Origin: a virus
Lineage: Duplodnaviria; Caudoviricetes
Virus record (IMG/VR): IMGVR_UViG_3300031364_000002
Location: 1-57,662 of that record
DNA: 57,662 nucleotides
Strand: one strand, 5' to 3'
The notes below the pieces were generated by a model that searched no databases, was not told the origin of the DNA, and saw only the letters and a list, made by a program, of their open reading frames with translations. A program made the translations under genes and the position numbers. Each line of letters starts with the position of its first letter. Position 1 is the stretch's first letter. This document shows positions 1-10,333 of this stretch, in pieces.

Positions 1-144
1 TTGTTCTATTCTGAACATCCCTATTTATTCAGGAGAACGCTGCTATTCACTAGGGGTAGTGGATAGATTTGAAAGAAAAAAGGAAAGATTTTATTTTTGT
101 GAAGAGATTGGAAATATATTGAATGTAGGATTTGAGGACTCTCC
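1..144. repeat. Terminal direct repeat, left copy (circular-assembly overlap)
   Basis: Matches 57519-57662 except position 18 (T) vs 57536 (C). Confidence 0.95.
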
Positions 145-198
145 TATATGGGTAAAAGAATGGCTACTAAATCACAGATTTATGGAGGATGAGTATAT

Positions 199-510
199 AT
201 GAATATTTTTTCTTTGGGGGCTCATTACGCTAAAGTAATTTTTCCTATCTTTATTTTTGGGTGCCTTTGCCTGGGAGCTTTTATTAATTATATTATAGCT
301 ATTCCTCGACGTAGGAAATGGTTAGAAAACCAAATAGATGAACGAACAAAAGGTGAAATTACTCGATTAAAAACACAAATTAAAGAACTTATGAATAAAA
401 ATAACAATTTAACACAAGAAATAGATCAATTAAAAGTTAACCAGCGAGCAGCTATTGTTTTGTTGCACAAATCAGAAGATATTTTGACTATAAAGGAAAT
501 AGAAAAATGA
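199..510 (+). CDS. Hypothetical membrane protein with C-terminal coiled coil
   Basis: Hydrophobic N-terminus, heptad-rich tail; GGAGG upstream; ATGA overlap with the ORF crossing the circular join. Confidence 0.7.
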   Translation: MNIFSLGAHYAKVIFPIFIFGCLCLGAFINYIIAIPRRRKWLENQIDERTKGEITRLKTQIKELMNKNNNLTQEIDQLKVNQRAAIVLLHKSEDILTIKEIEK

Positions 511-589
511 TTTTATGGATTATAATATTTACTTTTTTTGTGGGGTTCATTTTCGGAGTGGCTTGGGGGAGCAGAGATAAATAAAAATT

Positions 590-1135
590 CTAGTGATCCT
601 TAGAATATTGATGTAATCTACCGATGCCGTAAGCACTACTTGTCACTATTATTGCCCCACCCATCCACATAATAACCTTCTTGAATTGCTTCTCTTGCCA
701 AAATTTCAGCTGCTCTTTTGAGGTTGTCTCTGCTTTTTGCAAGATCGTCAATGAGCCGCTGTTTAATTTCTCTGTCTTGTTTTGATTGTTCTGTAAATTC
801 AATAATGTCTGATTCGAGTTTGTTAATATAAGCTGATCGTTTTCGTCGGTTTTTCTCAAGCTGGTTAATATACTCAGATCGCTCTTGTCTATTTGCTTCA
901 AGCTGTTTATTGTACTCTGAAATTTTGGCATAGTATTTAGCTCGCTCAACGTCAAGCTGTATTCGTCCTGAATTGTTTCTATTGAGCTGTCCAATATAAT
1001 TATTGAGTTCCCGAGCAATCTCAGTACCTTGTTTAACGTTTCTGGACTGTAGCAAATACCCTCCGGAAAACCCGAGACCGAGAAGCAAAATCCCAATAAA
1101 AATACAAACAATATTCTTTTTAAGTTTTGACACAT
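590..1135 (-). CDS. Candidate spanin-like protein (N-terminal signal, C-terminal TM), overprinted on 636-1133
   Basis: ATG at 1135 after GAGGTGA; 181 aa, MCQNLKRILFVFLLGFC...VIMWMGGAIIVTSSAYGIG; follows holin and endolysin. Confidence 0.55.
   Translation of the reverse strand: MCQNLKRILFVFLLGFCFSVSGFPEGICYSPETLNKVLRLLGNSIIILDSSIETIQDEYSLTLSELNTMPKFQSTINSLKQIDKSDLSILTSLRKTDENDQLILTNSNQTLLNLQNNQNKTEKLNSGSLTILQKAETTSKEQLKFWQEKQFKKVIMWMGGAIIVTSSAYGIGRLHQYSKDH
636..1133 (-). CDS. Candidate i-spanin (N-terminal TM plus coiled coil)
   Basis: GTG start; single N-terminal hydrophobic helix, long coiled coil; last position of the lysis cassette. Confidence 0.6.
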   Translation of the reverse strand: MSKLKKNIVCIFIGILLLGLGFSGGYLLQSRNVKQGTEIARELNNYIGQLNRNNSGRIQLDVERAKYYAKISEYNKQLEANRQERSEYINQLEKNRRKRSAYINKLESDIIEFTEQSKQDREIKQRLIDDLAKSRDNLKRAAEILAREAIQEGYYVDGWGNNSDK

Positions 1136-1143
1136 AATCACCT

Positions 1144-1377
1144 CTATTTCATGTTTTGTAGTCCACTCTGAATCTTTTTTTGTACAACATTTACCCCCAG
1201 ATAACCGGGGAAAACACTTGTCAGTGTTCCAAATGCTATTCCTAAAGCCATTGGGATTGATCCATGGGTGTGATATAGCCAAACAAGAGATCCCCCGAGA
1301 GCCACCCAGAGCGGGACACATATAAGCAACACTATGAATTTCCTTCCCTTATACATTTTTTCCGATTTCATGGACAC
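1144..1377 (-). CDS. Probable holin (2 TM)
   Basis: 77 aa, GRKF followed by two hydrophobic helices; directly after the endolysin. Confidence 0.7.
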   Translation of the reverse strand: MSMKSEKMYKGRKFIVLLICVPLWVALGGSLVWLYHTHGSIPMALGIAFGTLTSVFPGYLGVNVVQKKIQSGLQNMK

Positions 1378-1380
1378 CTC

Positions 1381-2070
1381 TTATATCTGTAAAAAATATT
1401 TTGAGTCAAGGAAAATAACCGGGCCCTTCCCGAATAGAGGGATCCTATATGCTGGCACCGCATCTCTTACAATGTAATGCCTTCCGGCCTCTGAGATATT
1501 CCAGGACGATATCTGTTTCACCATGTTGACCGTAAAGCTTCTTAATGAAAGCCCCCATTTCTCGCAATGTGAGGCAACAAAATTCTCGTCAACAATTTTC
1601 CCGTCAGCGATATACTGAGCGTCAAATTCTCTCAACCATGAAACATTATCGATGGTTGCAGGGATCAATACATCTGTGTGAGTATGTAGCCCTTTCGCCA
1701 GCCCAATATCCCCTACATGAATACCAGGTAGTTGAGCCCCTTTCCGGCAAGACCCGGAGTCCACATCGTCCTTTTCGGACGAATAAGTATGAGCAACCTG
1801 AACCTCAATTTTAGCCGGGTCGGCAGGGAGAATGCGCAAAAGAGACCCAAGAGCATATCCCCTGGGGAGCATTTTCCAGAGATAAGCACCACCAAAAGGA
1901 TGTTGTAGTACATCTGGGCTACCACCTCGGTCAGTTCCTGGATGTATTGGCGATCCAAAAAAATCTTTACGAAGGCCGAAATCATCCCCCGTGAATGCTG
2001 CCCCGGGACGGTACGGCAATGTTGCCGGTTCCTGTTCTTCGATCCACTCGAAGGAATATGGCCTGTTCAT
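1381..2070 (-). CDS. Endolysin, M23-like peptidase
   Basis: HxxxD (HPGTD) and HxH (HTH) zinc motifs; lysis cassette context. Confidence 0.75.
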   Translation of the reverse strand: MNRPYSFEWIEEQEPATLPYRPGAAFTGDDFGLRKDFFGSPIHPGTDRGGSPDVLQHPFGGAYLWKMLPRGYALGSLLRILPADPAKIEVQVAHTYSSEKDDVDSGSCRKGAQLPGIHVGDIGLAKGLHTHTDVLIPATIDNVSWLREFDAQYIADGKIVDENFVASHCEKWGLSLRSFTVNMVKQISSWNISEAGRHYIVRDAVPAYRIPLFGKGPVIFLDSKYFLQI

Positions 2071-2082
2071 TACAAATCTCCT

Positions 2083-2457
2083 TTATTTCGGAAGTGGTGG
2101 GCTTTCCCCTTTCAGGATTGCAAGTGCCAGCTTGGCGTGCTCTGCTATAGCAGGATTTGAATCTTTTATTTCCTCGGTCAAAAGATGTTCCTCATTCCAG
2201 ACATAAAAATCATAAAACATATCAAAATTCTCCCTTAGAGGAGCGACGGAATCCTCAACCGCGCCAGAAACAATCTCTGTCAAATCCTCTTTCCCCGAGA
2301 ATTCAATGCTTGTTCCAGCGATTTTTACACTTGAAACTATCCCCAGCGATCCCAAAATGACACACAATAAAACGATGATCAAAAACAGGATAAAAAACCC
2401 CTTTTCCTTGTTTTGCCCGAAAATGTTGTTCATGATGGCATACCCCTTATCGCTCAT
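2083..2457 (-). CDS. Hypothetical membrane protein (lysis region)
   Basis: Single TM; AGGAGG RBS upstream. Confidence 0.65.
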   Translation of the reverse strand: MSDKGYAIMNNIFGQNKEKGFFILFLIIVLLCVILGSLGIVSSVKIAGTSIEFSGKEDLTEIVSGAVEDSVAPLRENFDMFYDFYVWNEEHLLTEEIKDSNPAIAEHAKLALAILKGESPPLPK

Positions 2458-2805
2458 AATTTCCTCCTTTCTTTAATAGCTGCATATTCATTTTCTTTAA
2501 GCGCTTTCAGATCATTGTCGTCTGGCGTTTCTCCATTTACAAGGGCTAGGACTACAGCCCTGAGACTCCTTGTTGAAGACATATCTAATTTAGGCAATTT
2601 TCCAGCTGCCTCGATTGCCGCTTTTCCGTCTTCTATTGTTTTATCTGTTTTTTTTTGCTATGGCACCCTCTGTCAATGTATAGTCATTAGGGTTTTCTTT
2701 CTGATCATCCGTTAGTTCTAATTCAATTGTGTCAATATCAACCGGTTTCCCAGAACCAAATTCAATTCCGTTACGTCCCTCCCAAACATAATATTTTTCT
2801 ATCAT
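2454..2805 (-). pseudogene. Tail-fibre-associated protein interrupted by a +1 frameshift in an A9 run
   Basis: ATG 2805 and TGA 2454 both form ATGA overlaps with the neighbours; the frame stops at 2641 unless one A is removed from the run at 2648-2656, which gives 116 aa. Confidence 0.7.
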
Positions 2806-3719
2806 AATTTTATACCTTCAACCTTTAACATCCATTCGTTAGATGCATAAGTAACCGAAAATGATGTGTCGGAAATATACCTAATATAAACTATATAAGA
2901 AGCACCAAATCCAACAGTAAGGCCATTATGAATGGTACCATTACAGTCTTGCCAATTGTTGAGTGTTATATCTGTTGTTGATAAATTATTTCCAGTAGAT
3001 TTAGACGTAAAACGGAGTGTGTCATAATCACTAAACTTATATCCAGAAGATAGCGTTTGCGTTCCACTCGTAGCTGTTCCTGTCCAAATAGTATCCATAG
3101 TTCCACTGGTAATTTTATTATCCACGTAAGTTTTAACCGCATTTTGGCTGGGAACCAAAGTATTGCTTGTGCCTAAATTTGTATTTGTAGATAAATGCGC
3201 CCCATCTAATAAATCAGCATTCATACCTGATCCTGGGCCATCTGTAGTCTCTGTCCATAATTTATACCATTGAGTCCAACCAGATGTTGCTCTATGCCTA
3301 ATATAAATATACCCGGGGTTGTCATTCATCGCATAACATATTTGCGTTCGGTAAGCTTGTGAACTGTAGGGGTGCATTAACGTATAGATGAAAGCCCATT
3401 TGCCCGTAACAGGAAAAGCGGGAGCAGATGTAACCTCATTAGTATCTATATTATAGATGCTGTTTACTGCAATATCATTTAAATCGTTACTGTATTCCTT
3501 GCATTTATCCGTTGTGAAAATTCTCCAAGGTAAATTTGTTAAAGTCGTTGAACCGTTTCCAATTTTGAAAGCTAACTCATCTGAATATCCTGGTATATTG
3601 CTGAATAAATATATCTCTCCGTCGGCTAATACTGAGGCCAAAGAAAGAGGAGTGCTGACCCCTGTTATTGTCCCCCAGTCTATAACGCTAAAAATTGGTC
3701 TTCTTTCTTCTGTAGACAT
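2802..3719 (-). CDS. Tail fibre / receptor-binding protein
   Basis: W..W..LWT..DGPGSGMNADLLDG and SQNAVKTYVD motifs common in tail fibres; end of the tail module. Confidence 0.75.
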   Translation of the reverse strand: MSTEERRPIFSVIDWGTITGVSTPLSLASVLADGEIYLFSNIPGYSDELAFKIGNGSTTLTNLPWRIFTTDKCKEYSNDLNDIAVNSIYNIDTNEVTSAPAFPVTGKWAFIYTLMHPYSSQAYRTQICYAMNDNPGYIYIRHRATSGWTQWYKLWTETTDGPGSGMNADLLDGAHLSTNTNLGTSNTLVPSQNAVKTYVDNKITSGTMDTIWTGTATSGTQTLSSGYKFSDYDTLRFTSKSTGNNLSTTDITLNNWQDCNGTIHNGLTVGFGASYIVYIRYISDTSFSVTYASNEWMLKVEGIKL

Positions 3720-5549
3720 TTACGCAACCTCCGGTCGTTCCCTAATTTCCAATTTATATGTCATTTCTCCCGGGTCAAATTTTATACTAATCACCTGTCC
3801 TCGTATAGTACCAAAATAAGCCCGTCCTTTTTTAGTTGGAACTATTTTATTATATGTAAATTTTACAATATCCGTTGCAGAGGGGGTAAATTCCATAATA
3901 TCCATTGCAGCAGGGGTAAATTTTATTTTTGTTTTAGGATCCTGTTGCTCCTTGGCTGGAATCGATAAATCAACAGTTCCTGTTTCATATAATTCACGGG
4001 TGGGCTGAGCTAATTTTGTTATATGAAGAGGGATTGTATGAAGAGTCCTTACTGTTGATTGATCTTCTGCCCGAATTTCTGCAGCATCATTGGCATTTGA
4101 TTCAGTAATCAACAAACTCTCAATCTTTCCTTCCTCTTCAAAACCATAATTCCTAACTGCCTGTTCCTCATAATCAATATTTTCAACTGATGGGTACTCA
4201 TCAAGACCAAAATTCTCAGCATAATAAACCACCACACGAGAATAATATTTAGTAAAATCCCGATTGGATTCATGCTCAGTTTTTTTTATTTCTTCTGGCT
4301 GAATGGAAAAGGAATCAGTTCTGTTGGGATAATTCACATGTATCGTACTCCGCCCATCCCCTCCAATGTCATAAACAAACTGACGATTAGTTCCGTTCTG
4401 TAAATTCTCAACCCACTCATAAAACTTTTTTTGACTATTCATATAAAGATAAACATTATCAAGATAGGCTTTTTCACTCTCCCATTGGATTGTATTGTAA
4501 TTACTAGCATCATAGGCATATCCTAAATATTTTTCTTTCATAGCTGCCAAAATATCTGCTGGATTTGTTTGTGGCCTAAAAATTGCATCTACAACAATAT
4601 CCTCATAAGTTTCACTGTCCGAATATGTAATATAAAATTCTCCGTTTACAGCATCTTCCAACACAGTAGACAAGACAGTTTCTTCCCCATCCAATATCCC
4701 TCGTACTTCTAAAATGGAGGTGGCATCAGTAGCGAACTTCCATAAAATACTACCTGAAGAGGAAACTGAATCCATCCTGGAGCAAGGAGCACCTTTGATA
4801 AACCCATATCCTTCTGGGATTAGTTCTCCTTCTAGATCCTCATCCATATTCGGATAATCAACTATACTAAATTTTGAAAACGGAATTTTATTATTTTCAT
4901 AGAATCTCTTATCTGTGAATGATATTTTTAATCTTTTTAGAGTAACATTATCAGATGAAACTATTCCAGTATAAAACTCAAGTTCATTTCCATCTTTTGT
5001 CTCAAATAAAACAATCTGGGCCTCAGATCCCGGAACTGGTTCTATAATGAGATCATCCTCTTCCCCGTCAGACGCTACAATTTCCGCAGATGAAGACTGA
5101 AAAGCCATTTTTGATACCTCGAATGGGTCTACCTCTCTTGAAAAAGATGATGGATTTCTTAGTCTAGGCTGGAACTCAACATCGTTAATGTAATGCAATT
5201 TTTTATATGAAAACCCTGTTAATTTTCCCCAAATGCAAAAAGAGGTTGTAGAAAGACTATCAAAAAGAAAATGAACATACAGAGTATAGGCAGAAATATC
5301 ATAATAGAAAGAAGATTCATCAGAAAGACAATCAGCCAAACTTGTCTTTTTAGCATAAGGACTGGAATCTATTCTAACAGAGTTGATAACAATTTTAACA
5401 AGATTCATATATGAGGAATCCCACAATGAATAATAATCAGTATAACTGGCGGGCTTAACTAAAGTGCATTGGTATACCCCTTGACCCTGGGGGAGGAATG
5501 AAAGAGTCTCATCATAAGGTAATGATAATTTTAAGAGGGTGTCAATCAT
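3720..5549 (-). CDS. Tail tip / baseplate hub-like protein
   Basis: 609 aa, acidic, beta-rich; position downstream of the distal tail genes. Confidence 0.6.
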   Translation of the reverse strand: MIDTLLKLSLPYDETLSFLPQGQGVYQCTLVKPASYTDYYSLWDSSYMNLVKIVINSVRIDSSPYAKKTSLADCLSDESSFYYDISAYTLYVHFLFDSLSTTSFCIWGKLTGFSYKKLHYINDVEFQPRLRNPSSFSREVDPFEVSKMAFQSSSAEIVASDGEEDDLIIEPVPGSEAQIVLFETKDGNELEFYTGIVSSDNVTLKRLKISFTDKRFYENNKIPFSKFSIVDYPNMDEDLEGELIPEGYGFIKGAPCSRMDSVSSSGSILWKFATDATSILEVRGILDGEETVLSTVLEDAVNGEFYITYSDSETYEDIVVDAIFRPQTNPADILAAMKEKYLGYAYDASNYNTIQWESEKAYLDNVYLYMNSQKKFYEWVENLQNGTNRQFVYDIGGDGRSTIHVNYPNRTDSFSIQPEEIKKTEHESNRDFTKYYSRVVVYYAENFGLDEYPSVENIDYEEQAVRNYGFEEEGKIESLLITESNANDAAEIRAEDQSTVRTLHTIPLHITKLAQPTRELYETGTVDLSIPAKEQQDPKTKIKFTPAAMDIMEFTPSATDIVKFTYNKIVPTKKGRAYFGTIRGQVISIKFDPGEMTYKLEIRERPEVA

Positions 5550-6767
5550 TTAATATTGCCCCATCCTATAAACAGTAGCTCCTGAGTTTCCAATGACATA
5601 CAACCCTCCGTAAGGATCAAATTCTACTCCATAAGAGATTCCTGTTGTCCCATAAACAGAAAATGAAGAAAGTTCATCAGAAGAAATTCCGTCCATTATT
5701 CTTACATTTCCAAATGGTGAAGTATCATCCCCGACAATAATGATATACTCTCCATCCCATGCAATTCCATAGATTCTATAAGCACCAAAACGAATATCAT
5801 CAACAAGCTCAAAAGTATCTTTTGTATAAGTTTGGACTCGTGCACTTTCATTAACCCCAATATTATAGTCAAATCCAACCATCAAATAATCTCCAGTAAA
5901 GCAACAACCCCCTGTTAGGGTAGAAGTACCTGTTATGCTAATATTGAAAGAATTAGTAATTACCGTAGAAAACCCATCATAAATTCTTACAGTAAAACCA
6001 CTCTCGCCATATTTCCCTATCGTTACCATATTCCCATCTATGAAACAAATACCAAAAATATAAGTAAGCCCTAAATTTAAAACAGAAACCTGAGTAGTAG
6101 AATATCCATTCATTTTTCTAACATAAGAATTTTCTGAAACCCCATAAGCTGGACTATCAATTAAATATAAATTCCCTTGATACCTACAAATTCCACGCAA
6201 AGCATTAGTTCTTCCTGGAGAAATGTTGTCATAGAAAGCCGAAGAATTCCAGAATTGATTTATTCCATTAGAATATCTTCCGCTAAAATGAAAACCGTTA
6301 AGATCATCTGGGGTAACAGAAACCAACCCTGAGTGCCAACGTTTCACCCAATCTCCGACGCCTCGCCAGCAATAGGTATGACCAGTGAATCGATAACTAC
6401 CACAATACCAACCGTGCCGTTTTTTACTGTAGACTGGAACCGTGGAAGAAAATTCAAATACTTGATCAACATCATTAAAACACAAATGTACCCGTCCAGG
6501 GGAAAGCCCAGATTCAGAAATTGTTTGGTTTGTGGTAAGTTGATACAAAATTCCATTGGATTCTATAATTGACCCGGCCAAAACCTCCGGGGTTTCATAG
6601 GCAGAATCAGGATCGTTCCATGGAGTAGATAAAGTCACACTATTAAAACCCCGGGTTCCATGCTCAAGCCTTTTATTCTGGGCCTGGTAATCTCTTGGAA
6701 TTTTGGGAGTGTAGCTAGAGGAATACAACATTGGTGCTGTTATTTTATTTATGGCCATTACACCCAC
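5550..6767 (-). CDS. Minor tail protein with probable beta-propeller C-terminus
   Basis: Repeated GI(C/A)xxG blades; N-terminus resembles 6758-7231 (GSIIESNG.LY / GSVVECDGELY; GWY...YRFTGH). Confidence 0.65.
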   Translation of the reverse strand: MGVMAINKITAPMLYSSSYTPKIPRDYQAQNKRLEHGTRGFNSVTLSTPWNDPDSAYETPEVLAGSIIESNGILYQLTTNQTISESGLSPGRVHLCFNDVDQVFEFSSTVPVYSKKRHGWYCGSYRFTGHTYCWRGVGDWVKRWHSGLVSVTPDDLNGFHFSGRYSNGINQFWNSSAFYDNISPGRTNALRGICRYQGNLYLIDSPAYGVSENSYVRKMNGYSTTQVSVLNLGLTYIFGICFIDGNMVTIGKYGESGFTVRIYDGFSTVITNSFNISITGTSTLTGGCCFTGDYLMVGFDYNIGVNESARVQTYTKDTFELVDDIRFGAYRIYGIAWDGEYIIIVGDDTSPFGNVRIMDGISSDELSSFSVYGTTGISYGVEFDPYGGLYVIGNSGATVYRMGQY

Positions 6768-7231
6768 CCACCAATCGGAAACGTAGTTTCTAACCCATTA
6801 TTCCAGTTTAATATCTGTCTCTTGTTGCTATAAGTTGGGGTTGTTGAATCATATGTAGCAATATGTCCAGTAAATCGGTATCCTGATGTTGAATACCAAC
6901 CGTTTTTTCCTGTGTCCCAAGCTGGGGCAGTATTTGTCCATTCATATTTTTCCGAACCATCAGTATTGTTGAACAATAGATAGACAACCCCATTGCTGAT
7001 AGAAGTAGCATCAATAATTGTGTCTGAATTTGTCAGATAGAGTTCCCCATCACATTCGACAACAGAACCAGAAGCAACTTGAGGTACATCTGTCCCGGAA
7101 TCCCAATTTGTAAGAGAAACAAAATTAAGCCCCTTAATAATTACATTTTGAATAGCCACCTGTTTATTATAATCACCCCCCAAAGAAGAAGGAGTTGTTG
7201 AACTGGGGCTTTCATATTTTGTTATCGCCAT
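6758..7231 (-). CDS. Minor tail protein
   Basis: Tail module synteny; paralogous to the N-terminus of the next gene. Confidence 0.65.
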   Translation of the reverse strand: MAITKYESPSSTTPSSLGGDYNKQVAIQNVIIKGLNFVSLTNWDSGTDVPQVASGSVVECDGELYLTNSDTIIDATSISNGVVYLLFNNTDGSEKYEWTNTAPAWDTGKNGWYSTSGYRFTGHIATYDSTTPTYSNKRQILNWNNGLETTFPIGGWV

Positions 7232-7977
7232 TATTTTCTCTCCTTAAAATCAAGAGTAAAATCTGAAAAATAGAGCCCATTTTCCCCTTTTTTCAGTTCA
7301 GGAGCTGAGGTGGTATTGCTACAAAATAGAGCCCGAAAACGGGAATCATCTTCCCATCTGTCTAAATAAACTGGTTTGTTTATTTGGATGGTTTTCAAAA
7401 ATAGTACCACATCATCATATTCATCAAATTCTACCCCATCAAAAGTACATTTGAACTTTTCCAAGGTTTCGCCATCCTGCTCAAACCCCACACCATAATC
7501 AGAAGATTCAAGATCAGAGGTAGTCGGAAAGGAAACTGTAGGATTTACAGAAAAATAGGGCATTTGATAATATTGCCCTGTATACAACCCACCAATATAT
7601 AAAGGGGTAGTTAAACCTATAATATCAAAAGTAATTTTTCTTACCCCCGAAACGGGAGTATTTAGATAAACAATTCCTGTAGGATATTCAGCATTAAAAA
7701 CAATATCATCCCATTCATATTCATAAGATCCAATAGAAACATCAGAAGAATTATAAAAAGTAATTGTAACTGTTTCAATATTATGCTCTCCAAAGGCAAA
7801 AGAAGACACAATTTTATCTTCAGTAAATTCAGCAGTAATCACAGAAACATTACTTGTAGCCTTAAATTTTGATTCAAGTGTATTATTGTAAACCCGTTCC
7901 ACTGGGTAGTTAGTGTTCTCATTAGTTGCTGAAAGAGTTATATCATCATTAAGTAAATTATCAAATAATACTCTCAT
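7231..7977 (-). CDS. Distal tail protein-like
   Basis: Immediately after the tape measure; ends LDFKERK. Confidence 0.6.
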   Translation of the reverse strand: MRVLFDNLLNDDITLSATNENTNYPVERVYNNTLESKFKATSNVSVITAEFTEDKIVSSFAFGEHNIETVTITFYNSSDVSIGSYEYEWDDIVFNAEYPTGIVYLNTPVSGVRKITFDIIGLTTPLYIGGLYTGQYYQMPYFSVNPTVSFPTTSDLESSDYGVGFEQDGETLEKFKCTFDGVEFDEYDDVVLFLKTIQINKPVYLDRWEDDSRFRALFCSNTTSAPELKKGENGLYFSDFTLDFKERK

Positions 7978-7978
7978 T

Positions 7979-10330
7979 TCATTTGCCTTTTATCACAGAA
8001 CTTTCCTTCACTATGATTAATCTATTATCTAGTGCTATTTGTATAGGCCCGTATAATTTTTCACTCCCTATCTGAACAGTTAGATTAACCACTCCAACTC
8101 CGGAAGAACCCCCAAGTGAGCTTTCTTGGGTGACTTGAGAAGATTTTCCATTGGCAATATCAAAAAGTTCTTTCTGCTGTTCTGTGGTGATAACCATTTC
8201 TTTGCTGTTGGCATAAATTGGAATATTATCTCCAGAGTATGATACTCCCGGAACAACACCACCTTCCTGAAAGGAAGGTTTCGTAGATGCTACCACCGCC
8301 GCTTGAGTAATTCCCACCGCCGCTGTAATAATTGAGGCGGGAATTGCCAAATAAATTGGAAGGTCTTTATACTGTCTTACAATAGAAGAAGCCGTATCAA
8401 TTGCAATTTGAGCTATATTTGCTGCCTGCTGCCATCGGTATAGAGTCATTAAATTTTTCTTTTTGGAGGCAGTTAATTCCTCATCCCCAGCAGTCATAGA
8501 AGATATTAAATTTGTAAATATAGTACCAACAGATCCAGCATATATACTATAATAACTCAGTTCTTCCTGAATATGAGCTATATATTGATCGTGGTATTCT
8601 TGTTCTCTTTGTTTTTTATCTTCAAGAGCTTGAAGAGTTAATTGCTCTATATTCTCTTCCTCTGCTCGAATTGCCAGTCGCTCTTTAAATTCCTCAGATA
8701 GAGACCCTGAAGCCTCCTCTTGTATGGTTATCAAATCTCCATAAGTAGCAATTAATGTTTGAATGTTAAGATTTTCTGCTTTATACCCTTGGGCAATAAG
8801 ATCATCAAGAGCTCCCTGAACAGCTGACGCCTTTTCAGCACCCTTATCATATTCTAAACTGAGTTGTTTATACGCCTCAGCTGTTTCCCCTATAGCTTCC
8901 AATTGTCCTTTTAACCCATCTGTAATCGATTTATAATCATTTTCTCCTTTTAACCGGATTTTCTGTTGATCCTCCATAAGTGCTAGAATTTTCTCTTCTT
9001 CTTCCCGACGTCTTTCTGTGTAGGAAGCCATATCTTGGGTTCTGGTGGAGGCAATTGCCAGTATTTTCTCCCTCTGATTCTCAATATCAGCTTGAGCTTT
9101 TACGGCTTCAAGCATCTCCCCCTGAAGGATATTCTGTTCCTCAATTATTTTTGCCACAGCTGTAAAAGGAATTTCCATTGCCTCGGCTGCTATTTTCGTC
9201 TGTTCAACTGCATCGGCAGCGGTATAAACCCCAGTAAATGAAGTGGCAATCATATCAATCATATCGTGAAACTGAATTGCCGTAAGATTAGCTTCTGAAG
9301 CTATTTTTTTCAAATCATCAGAAAATTGTTCGAACTCTTCTGTTTTGGATGCATCAGCCTTGGCCTTAGCAAACTTCAAAAGAGCTATTGTAGCCCCTCC
9401 AAGTAAAACTATAAGACCTACTGGTCCAGATAAAGCCCCAGATAAAGCAACTACAGCAACTTTTATCCCTGAAATAGCAGATATTACTGAAGGCCCAATA
9501 GTCACAATACCAGTAATAGCCAAAATTAACTTTTTTGCTGAATCGTCAAGCCCTCCAAACCATTTTATCAACTCAGAAATTTTAGCTACAATCTGCGTGG
9601 CCAACGGAAGCAATTGTTGCCCTAATGTAACCATAAAATCCTGTAAATTCGCTTCCATAATCCGGGTTTGGTTGGCAAAAGAGCCCTCAGACCTAGCAAA
9701 ATCTCCAATTGCATTTTGACTTTGCTTTACTGCCATCTTGTAAGTAATCCAAGCCTTTTGCCCGCGGTCTAATTGATCCCAAACAAGTCCCTGATCAGCA
9801 GCGAATTTCTTGAGTTCTGTTTCTGTTAAGGCAATACCAAGTGATTTTACCTGCTCTCTCTCTCCCAAAAGAGCTTTTGTCAATGCAGCTGAAGCACCCT
9901 CAGCCCCCCCTTCATAGTTGGTAAATGAGGCCAAATTAACTGCGAGTTCATTTACAGCTGTAGATAAATCAAGGGAACTGCCTTTTGTAAGGCCAAAACC
10001 CTGAAGAAGGTCTGCTGTATCTGAAAGTAATTGCTGTGATTTTTGAGAGGACAAACCAAAAGAATCAGAAAGATTCGAAGCTGCAGCATTTGCAGCGTCT
10101 CCTATCCCCTTGAAAGTAACATTAAATTTATTTATAGTTTCTTCCGCATTGGAAGCGGCGGTTATTAATTTTTTACCAAAAAGGACCCCTCCAACAAGAG
10201 ATCCCACTCTAGTCATAGTACTGAGTAAGGCCTGACCAGACTTCTCTGAAGCTTTAACTTTTTTGTTGTAGTCAGTAGAGTCCCCAGTTATTCTCCAAAC
10301 CAGATCCCCCACCAGTACCTTCAAAGCCAT
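7979..10330 (-). CDS. Tape measure protein
   Basis: 783 aa, Ala/Gly-rich helical; KALLGERE..K.LG and FQEGGVV motifs; follows the tail chaperones. Confidence 0.92.
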   Translation of the reverse strand: MALKVLVGDLVWRITGDSTDYNKKVKASEKSGQALLSTMTRVGSLVGGVLFGKKLITAASNAEETINKFNVTFKGIGDAANAAASNLSDSFGLSSQKSQQLLSDTADLLQGFGLTKGSSLDLSTAVNELAVNLASFTNYEGGAEGASAALTKALLGEREQVKSLGIALTETELKKFAADQGLVWDQLDRGQKAWITYKMAVKQSQNAIGDFARSEGSFANQTRIMEANLQDFMVTLGQQLLPLATQIVAKISELIKWFGGLDDSAKKLILAITGIVTIGPSVISAISGIKVAVVALSGALSGPVGLIVLLGGATIALLKFAKAKADASKTEEFEQFSDDLKKIASEANLTAIQFHDMIDMIATSFTGVYTAADAVEQTKIAAEAMEIPFTAVAKIIEEQNILQGEMLEAVKAQADIENQREKILAIASTRTQDMASYTERRREEEEKILALMEDQQKIRLKGENDYKSITDGLKGQLEAIGETAEAYKQLSLEYDKGAEKASAVQGALDDLIAQGYKAENLNIQTLIATYGDLITIQEEASGSLSEEFKERLAIRAEEENIEQLTLQALEDKKQREQEYHDQYIAHIQEELSYYSIYAGSVGTIFTNLISSMTAGDEELTASKKKNLMTLYRWQQAANIAQIAIDTASSIVRQYKDLPIYLAIPASIITAAVGITQAAVVASTKPSFQEGGVVPGVSYSGDNIPIYANSKEMVITTEQQKELFDIANGKSSQVTQESSLGGSSGVGVVNLTVQIGSEKLYGPIQIALDNRLIIVKESSVIKGK

Positions 10331-10333
10331 TTG

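Noticed and set aside
590-7977. Specific host assignment (e.g. spirochaete)
   Set aside because: Lysis and tail genes suggest a diderm host at most; no host can be supported without searches.
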